From contig JAHQWW010000100.1 in NCBI GenBank assembly GCA_029856365.1, positions 1-13,750 on the forward strand: DNA of 13,750 nucleotides, written 5' to 3'. Every line of letters begins with the position of its first letter. The stretch's first letter is position 1. The notes under the pieces are model-generated. The model was not told the origin of the DNA, did no database searches, and worked only from the letters and a program-made list of their open reading frames with translations. The translations under genes and the position numbers were made by a program. Below, in pieces: positions 8,371 to 13,750 of this stretch. The DNA is from Candidatus Hodarchaeota archaeon. Its GTDB lineage: Archaea; Asgardarchaeota; Heimdallarchaeia; Hodarchaeales; Hodarchaeaceae.

Positions 8371-9732
8371 CTAAGCCCGATACACGTTTTGTGTCAATAA
8401 TCCAATTAAATTAAAAGAATGTATCAATAAAAGCAAACCAATAGCAAGTAACGCAAAATAGCCAAATTGATTCCAGCGTTTGATAACTTTGTCAAAATAA
8501 TCTCCAAATGGTAAAAGAATAATTAATGAGATCCAAGTAGCACCAAAGTAAGCGGCGAATAGATGACTTCTAATTGGATGGTTTTGAAAAATAAAACCAG
8601 CAAACATACCTGGGATTCCAATAATAGCAAAACTCAAAAGCGCTAAAATAAGCGTACAACTGACAGAGAAAACAGCTCCCCATGCAATACCCCGAATGAA
8701 AGATCTTTGTACAATAATATGATCTTTAGTATCTTTAAAGTCACCCAATTGTAATATGATGGGACCAAATCCTATAAAAGCCCAAATTAAATTAAAAATT
8801 ATTGTTATAAAGACACGTGAAGAATCTAATCTATAGTTCATTTTATACCCTGAATTACGATATAACAAAAACGTCGACAACCAAATAGGAGTCATCAGCA
8901 GAGATGTCAAAAAAGCTCCCCCAAAAATAAATATCATTATTCCTTCTGTGATAGGATCAATTTGTTGACCAAGATCAGCATAACGACTGGAATACCAAAA
9001 GATATAAATTAAGAGTATTAAAATAAAGGTTCCTAAATAATGTAATAAATTATTTCCATCAAAACCACCAAAATTTTGATAAAATAATGAGGCTTTTCTT
9101 GATCTTATTACTCCAAAATAACTGGAATGTGATATAGTACCCTTTACTGGGAAATCTTTGGATGAAGTTAGACTTGCTCTTAGGGTAGATAAAGGAAAGG
9201 AAACAGGCTGGAAAAAATGTGAGAGATCTAGTTGATAACCCTGGAAGGGTTCCTCAAGAAGTTTTGATCGTTGTTTTATTTGACGTTTCAACCCACAATG
9301 TATGCAGTATTCTGTGTCAGGAGGATTAGGCTTCCAACAACGATTACATAATTCACTTTGTACTTGATCATTTGTAGTTATCTTCTTCAGCTTACCTCCA
9401 CATAGATGACAGAAATTGTGAGTAGCAGGAACTGCTTGACGACATAGAGGGCACTTAAATATTTCAGTAGCTTGACTTTGTTCTGCTGAGGATGTCACAT
9501 TCTTCCCGCAAAAAATGCACCAATCGGTTTCTGGAATTTTCATCCCACAATGAGGACAGATCGTTAATGGGGATTGATCAAGGATTCTAGATGAATCAGT
9601 ATCCAGTTTTTTCCCACATTTAATGCAAAATTGTGTTGCAGGGACTATTTTTCCACAGTGTGGGCATTTTATATCTTGCATTTGCCACTTTTGTCCTAAA
9701 GACTTTTCTAATAATTCAGATATGCTTTCCAT
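8371..9732 (-). CDS. Membrane protein with four N-terminal zinc ribbons and a multi-TM C-terminal domain resembling a degenerate M50 (site-2 protease) fold
   Basis: Eight CxxC motifs in four CxxC-x9/10-CxxCG units (aa 23-147). About 6 hydrophobic segments in aa 229-445. LLPFG...VIKRWN motif near the C-terminus. Confidence 0.8.
   Translation of the reverse strand: MESISELLEKSLGQKWQMQDIKCPHCGKIVPATQFCIKCGKKLDTDSSRILDQSPLTICPHCGMKIPETDWCIFCGKNVTSSAEQSQATEIFKCPLCRQAVPATHNFCHLCGGKLKKITTNDQVQSELCNRCWKPNPPDTEYCIHCGLKRQIKQRSKLLEEPFQGYQLDLSHFFQPVSFPLSTLRASLTSSKDFPVKGTISHSSYFGVIRSRKASLFYQNFGGFDGNNLLHYLGTFILILLIYIFWYSSRYADLGQQIDPITEGIMIFIFGGAFLTSLLMTPIWLSTFLLYRNSGYKMNYRLDSSRVFITIIFNLIWAFIGFGPIILQLGDFKDTKDHIIVQRSFIRGIAWGAVFSVSCTLILALLSFAIIGIPGMFAGFIFQNHPIRSHLFAAYFGATWISLIILLPFGDYFDKVIKRWNQFGYFALLAIGLLLLIHSFNLIGLLTQNVYRA
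9295..9666 (-). repeat. Four tandem zinc-ribbon repeats (protein level, about 35-aa period)
   Basis: CPHCGKIVPATQFCIKCG, CPHCGMKIPETDWCIFCG, CPLCRQAVPATHNFCHLCG and CNRCWKPNPPDTEYCIHCG, starting at aa 23, 59, 94 and 129. Confidence 0.9.
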
Positions 9733-9790
9733 TATTTAACTAAAAATAAGTTCTTATCAGTTATTAATAATTTTGAGATTGACTATCAAT

Positions 9791-10258
9791 CTATAAAATC
9801 ATAGACCAGATCCAAACCGTTATCGTTAATATTTCTAAGAAAATAATTTTCCGATTTCTATAATAAGATCTAAGAAAACTGACAAAAGATTCTTGTTTTG
9901 ACATTTTCTCATAATCAAGATTAAGTAATGAAATTGGTTTATTAGAGAAAGGTGCAAATAGATTAATTTCCCAATCGATGATATCCACAAAGATATGAAA
10001 AATAGCTCCAAGAAAAAATAAGAATTGAGATAATAAACCGAAAATTCCAAGAAAGAGACCCCCTAGCAAGTACAATAAAAGGAAATGTGTGGGTAGTTGT
10101 CTATGACTCTTTTTTTTTATTACTAAGTTTAAAATATAGTCAATATCGGGAAAGATAGAACCAAGAGCAAACCATATCAAATTAGAGGGATTATAGCCCC
10201 AATGAGCTAAGATATTTACGCTAGCAATTCCTAACAAGAGATGAACATGCGGCATCAT
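9791..10258 (-). CDS. YdjM-like (DUF457) membrane-bound metal-dependent hydrolase
   Basis: Family signature: N-terminal H, GS.FPDID, HRxxTH (HRQLPTH), H...D (FHIFVD), FAPFS, and hydrophobic segments. Confidence 0.85.
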   Translation of the reverse strand: MMPHVHLLLGIASVNILAHWGYNPSNLIWFALGSIFPDIDYILNLVIKKKSHRQLPTHFLLLYLLGGLFLGIFGLLSQFLFFLGAIFHIFVDIIDWEINLFAPFSNKPISLLNLDYEKMSKQESFVSFLRSYYRNRKIIFLEILTITVWIWSMIL

Positions 10259-10326
10259 TAATAGTTAAATGTCGCGCTAACATTTTTTAAATTCTTTAGT
10301 AATTTCATTGCCTTTGAGTTGAAGTT
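10259..10326. promoter_or_regulatory. Compact divergent promoter region (hydrolase / profilin)
   Basis: 68-bp gap between head-to-head genes with a central TTTTTTAAA TATA-like box (10283-10291). Neither gene has a clear SD. Confidence 0.45.
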
Positions 10327-10701
10327 ATGCCATATCGTATATTATTAAAGAGACTTATGGACCAACACATTGTTACTGGCTGTATTATTCTTGATCCTTA
10401 CGGAAATATCTTCTATCATGCAGGTGCCTTTCCTCAAGCTGGTGAGAAGAATCTGGTTGATGGATACTACTTACTTTCAGAATGGGTCACGTTTCCTTCG
10501 TCCATTAGTCTTGCTGGAGTAAGATATAACTCTTTGATGAATGCTTATCCGAATTATTGGTGTTTGACAAATCCAAAGGGTTATGGATCACTCATTATAC
10601 AGATTTGTAAGAATAAATATTATTTTCTTTGTTACTTAAAAGATGAAGATCCAATAGAAATCCAGAAAGAGATTGCTAAAATGGGGGAGCTCTTTGGTTA
10701 A
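10327..10701 (+). CDS. Profilin-like protein (Asgard-type eukaryotic signature protein)
   Basis: 124 aa, the typical profilin size. N-terminal helix, then VTGCIILDPYGNIFY (cf. V..AAI.G.DG.VW), SISLAGVRY (cf. G/S.SI.G.KY), TNPKGYGSLII (cf. the Asgard TN..GKGH.LI pattern as I recall it), YFLCY strand, and an amphipathic C-terminal helix. Confidence 0.8.
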   Translation: MPYRILLKRLMDQHIVTGCIILDPYGNIFYHAGAFPQAGEKNLVDGYYLLSEWVTFPSSISLAGVRYNSLMNAYPNYWCLTNPKGYGSLIIQICKNKYYFLCYLKDEDPIEIQKEIAKMGELFG

Positions 10702-10707
10702 CAAAAA

Positions 10708-10712
10708 AGGTG
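10708..10712 (+). promoter_or_regulatory. Shine-Dalgarno site for the phosphomannomutase
   Basis: AGGTG (archaeal-type SD) 6 nt before TTG 10719. Confidence 0.6.
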
Positions 10713-10718
10713 TAATTA

Positions 10719-12125
10719 TTGGCCACTATTAATTATAACGATTTGAAAAATATATTTAGAGCTTACGACATCAGGGGTATTTTCAATGAGGAAATCACCC
10801 CACAAGTCCATTTTCGGATTGGTCTCGCATTTGGAACGTTTTTACAGCTAGAACAGGGATTAAAAGAGGAACATGTTTTCATAGCCTATGATATTCGACA
10901 GACCAGTTCTTTACTGGCTCAAGCTTTTGCTGCGGGGGTTATGGCTACTGGAATCAACATTGAATATTCAGGGGAAGCACTTCAGTTTGGTGCATGCATG
11001 TTTACAGCATGGCAGGGTAAAGCTTTTGCCACAGCCTTTATTACGGCTTCTCATTTACCACCAGAGTGGAATGGTGTGAAGTTCTATTATGGTAATGGTG
11101 TTGGTTTCTCAGAAGAAGACAATATGAGAATTCGTGATATCTTTGTTGAAGGTGAATTCGTAACCCCGAAGTGGAACCAAGTTGGCCAAATGACGGTTAC
11201 GAATCTTAAAGAGAAATATCATGAATTTTTAATTTCTAGGTTCTCATTAAAGCAAGAATTGAAAATTGTTGTAGATTGCGGGAATGGCTCTTCGTGTTTA
11301 TCCGCCCCCACTATTCTCCATGGAATTGGATTAGATATTATTCCTTTATTTTGTGAAGTAGATCCCACTTTCCCGAATCGGAGTTCAGAACCAAATGAAG
11401 AATCATTGAGATTTCTTTCAGAGAAAGTAAGATCTGAAAGTGCTGATTTTGGTGTTGGTTTCGATGGAGATGGCGATCGTGCTGTTATTGTTGATGATAA
11501 GGGACGAGTTCTTCTTGCGGATATTACTGGATTAATTCTAGCTAAATTTATGATTAAAGAATCACCAAATCTAAACCGTATACTTGTAAATGTTGAATGC
11601 TCACTAGCTTTAGAAAAAGTATTATCATCTTATAGCATCATTGATCGTATTAAGGTCGGACATACGTTTCTTACTGCTGATGCTCAGAAAAAACCTGATA
11701 CATTAATTGGAATAGAATCAAGTGGCCATATGGTTTTCCCAACAGTATATCTTTTTGATGATGCAATGATAATCCCTCTAAAATTGGCAGAGATTCTTTC
11801 AAAACAGGATCAACCTTTATCAGAACTAGTCGATGAACTACCTACTTTACATAAACGAAAAATTGCTGTATCTTGTCCCGATAAAATAAAGTTCAAAGTT
11901 ATTTCTGAGTTATTAAACAGTCTTCAATCACAATTCAATAATATTAATCCTATTGATGGTGTTGGTATTCCCATTGGGAAAGAATCCTGGGTATTAATTC
12001 GTGCTAGTAATACGGGCCCGAAAATACGTATCACTGTCGAAGCGGAAACAGAAATAGAAGCCAATGATTTGTTATCAGAATTCCAAGGTCATTTAGAAGC
12101 CAAGATAAACGAATTGTTAGATTAG
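10719..12125 (+). CDS. Phosphomannomutase/phosphoglucomutase (alpha-D-phosphohexomutase)
   Basis: IFRAYDIRG, phosphoserine loop ITASHLP..WNG.K, VDCGNG, metal loop FDGDGDR, sugar loop GIESSGH, and RASNT in domain 4. TTG start with SD. Confidence 0.95.
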   Translation: MATINYNDLKNIFRAYDIRGIFNEEITPQVHFRIGLAFGTFLQLEQGLKEEHVFIAYDIRQTSSLLAQAFAAGVMATGINIEYSGEALQFGACMFTAWQGKAFATAFITASHLPPEWNGVKFYYGNGVGFSEEDNMRIRDIFVEGEFVTPKWNQVGQMTVTNLKEKYHEFLISRFSLKQELKIVVDCGNGSSCLSAPTILHGIGLDIIPLFCEVDPTFPNRSSEPNEESLRFLSEKVRSESADFGVGFDGDGDRAVIVDDKGRVLLADITGLILAKFMIKESPNLNRILVNVECSLALEKVLSSYSIIDRIKVGHTFLTADAQKKPDTLIGIESSGHMVFPTVYLFDDAMIIPLKLAEILSKQDQPLSELVDELPTLHKRKIAVSCPDKIKFKVISELLNSLQSQFNNINPIDGVGIPIGKESWVLIRASNTGPKIRITVEAETEIEANDLLSEFQGHLEAKINELLD

Positions 12126-12230
12126 TATGTAGATTGTAAATTTTAATAATATCATCTAAAAAAGTTTATCTGTACAAACATTCTTTCTATTGTGAACAAA
12201 ATAAAATCAATCTACCAGGAATGACATATT

Positions 12231-12929
12231 ATGACAAAAATAATTGGAATGATTGGCGGAACAGGCCCACAAGGTCAGGGGTTGGCATTACGATGGGGTC
12301 TGGCTGGAGAACCAGTGATTATGGGATCACGACAACAAGAAAAAGCTGACAGAATTTCAGCACAGGTGAATGAAAAATTGGGGGAGGATATAGTGATTCC
12401 ACGAACTAATGAAGCCTGCGTCAAAGAATCAGATATTATATTGTGCACCACACCTTTTGATTATATAGTGAGAACAATAACCCCTTTCGTAAAATACTTC
12501 ACTGCTGATCACATTATTGTTGACGTGACTGTACCGTTGAAACCTTTCGAAAAAGGAAAAATGGTAGACTTATTACCAGAACTGGAACAAGGAGCAAAAA
12601 GTGCAACAGAATTGTTACGTAAAGTAATTCCAAGAGAGGTACCTCTTGTCGGTGCATTTAAAACTCTATCAAACGCAACACTACAAGATATTGACCGATT
12701 ACCAATTCTTAACCAAGATGTATTTATTTTAGGTCGCGAAAAACAAGCAAAACATGTTGTGAAAGTAAAAACTAAGTTAATAAAAAACCTACGGCCTATA
12801 GATGCAGGTGGAACTTTATCTGCTAGACATGTTGAACATTTTACAGCTTTTCTCATTGGTTTGAATAGTAGATATAAGACTCATGACTGTGGTTTCGGTG
12901 TAACGGGGCTTACTGAACGAGACTGGTAA
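12231..12929 (+). CDS. npdG: NADPH-dependent F420 reductase (F420H2:NADP+ oxidoreductase)
   Basis: IGGTGPQGQGLALRW, GSR...KA, N..C....DI....P, IVDVTVPL, VGAFKTLS, IDAG...AR.VE..TA.LI.LN.RYK. AGGA SD at 12217-12220. Confidence 0.9.
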   Translation: MTKIIGMIGGTGPQGQGLALRWGLAGEPVIMGSRQQEKADRISAQVNEKLGEDIVIPRTNEACVKESDIILCTTPFDYIVRTITPFVKYFTADHIIVDVTVPLKPFEKGKMVDLLPELEQGAKSATELLRKVIPREVPLVGAFKTLSNATLQDIDRLPILNQDVFILGREKQAKHVVKVKTKLIKNLRPIDAGGTLSARHVEHFTAFLIGLNSRYKTHDCGFGVTGLTERDW

Positions 12930-12941
12930 TTTTCTTTTTTA
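12930..12941 (+). terminator. Oligo-T terminator candidate after npdG
   Basis: TTTTCTTTTTT directly after the TAA stop, in a 41-bp convergent gap. Confidence 0.5.
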
Positions 12942-12970
12942 ATATTAGTTAGAACATTAATTCTGCTAAT

Positions 12971-13750
12971 TCAATCCTTTTTTTCAAAATTATGGAACGT
13001 TTTAGTAATAATATTTTTTTCATAATTGTCTAGAGCGTAGATTTTGAATATTTCCTGATTTAAATCTTTTAATTGCTTCAATTGGTGAGATTTTGCTTGT
13101 TGGATGTCCCAGGGTAATTGATGCAGGTCGTTTACTAATTCTTGAATCTTAATTAGATTTGAAGGCTTCTTAATTGGTAGATCTTTCAAAAAAGCGATAG
13201 CAATCTTCGGAAATATTTGTTTTACAGATGTATAGCGCTGCATAAGGTAAAAAGACATTAATCTTGAATTTAATAATGCTTCAAGATAAATTAATTCAAT
13301 AGTGGGGCGATTGGGCTGTAGAATAATCATGTACACATCACAAACGCAAAAGTGTTGATTAGGATCATAAACCGAAATTAATTCATGACCTATTCGTCGA
13401 AGTAGAAGTTTTGGCTGCAGATACAAGTTAAAATCTTTGAAAATGGATTTGTTATTTTTATCAAATCGAATATAACGAAGTTCCTTTTTTAAACGAAATT
13501 TTCTTATTGATCGACCAGCAATCAATGGCATAAATTCTAAATCTAGCCTCTGATCACTTGTTTTAGAAGAATGAAACCCTAGCTCAATCCCTCGTGAGAT
13601 TGATACCATTTCACCTAAAGGAGTACTATTTCTTTGAATCTTTTTTAAAATTGAACTGATTGTAGCACTATATTTTGGTAGCAATATTTTGTATGTATTC
13701 TCCTGGATTTCTTTTTGAATGATCCTTTGTTTATCAAATACTCGGAAGGG
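12971..13750 (-). CDS. 3' part of a third Eco57I/TaqI-like DNA methyltransferase or type IIG enzyme (TaqI-like C-terminal specificity domain); partial, start lies beyond the window
   Basis: The frame stays open from 13684 to the window edge (PFRVFDKQRIIQKEIQENTYKIL...). PLGE...ISRGIELG, PLIAGRSIRKF, PKLLLRRI, YLEALLNSRL..FY, LKDLPI and LNQEIFKIYAL are TaqI_C-like. Catalytic motifs are not in the window. Confidence 0.8.
   Translation of the reverse strand, partial: PFRVFDKQRIIQKEIQENTYKILLPKYSATISSILKKIQRNSTPLGEMVSISRGIELGFHSSKTSDQRLDLEFMPLIAGRSIRKFRLKKELRYIRFDKNNKSIFKDFNLYLQPKLLLRRIGHELISVYDPNQHFCVCDVYMIILQPNRPTIELIYLEALLNSRLMSFYLMQRYTSVKQIFPKIAIAFLKDLPIKKPSNLIKIQELVNDLHQLPWDIQQAKSHQLKQLKDLNQEIFKIYALDNYEKNIITKTFHNFEKKD

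Noticed and set aside
9295-9666. Multiheme cytochrome or ferredoxin reading of the Cys motifs
   Set aside because: No CxxCH or CxxCxxC spacing; the pattern is paired CxxC zinc ribbons.
9835-10050. 71-aa alternative-frame ORF
   Set aside because: Nested in the YdjM-like gene, whose motifs lie in the other frame.
10888-11079. 63-aa alternative-frame ORF
   Set aside because: Nested in the conserved mutase.
12509-12856. 115-aa minus-strand ORF
   Set aside because: Antisense shadow of npdG.
13682-13684. TTG start given by the ORF track for the last gene
   Set aside because: The frame stays open to the window edge, so this is an internal Leu of a longer gene.
1-13750. CRISPR array, tRNA/rRNA, transposase or integrase
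   Set aside because: No spaced direct repeats, no GC-rich structured RNA-like segment, and no such ORFs seen.

Overview
AT-rich archaeal DNA, most likely from an Asgard archaeon (possibly Heimdallarchaeia/Hodarchaeales). This is inferred from a profilin-like gene (10327-10701), an F420H2:NADP+ oxidoreductase, an archaeal-type REC-multiPAS protein and a multi-zinc-ribbon membrane protein. Gene order: stand-alone EF-Tu domain-II-like barrel (+); two overlapping gamma-class N6-adenine DNA methyltransferases with no nuclease (-); a divergent REC-(PAS)x5 protein lacking any kinase or output domain (+); a minus-strand cluster of YdjM-like hydrolase, 4x zinc-ribbon membrane protein and Gfo/Idh/MocA oxidoreductase; a plus-strand cluster of profilin, phosphomannomutase and NpdG; and the 3' part of a third TaqI/Eco57I-like gene running off the window. 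The best leads are (1) the zinc-ribbon membrane protein, whose membrane part resembles an archaeal M50/site-2 protease that has lost its catalytic residues, (2) the profilin and its operon context, (3) three methyltransferase-family genes with no visible restriction enzyme, and (4) the output-less REC-PAS5 sensor. All family assignments are by-eye motif recognition, not database searches.
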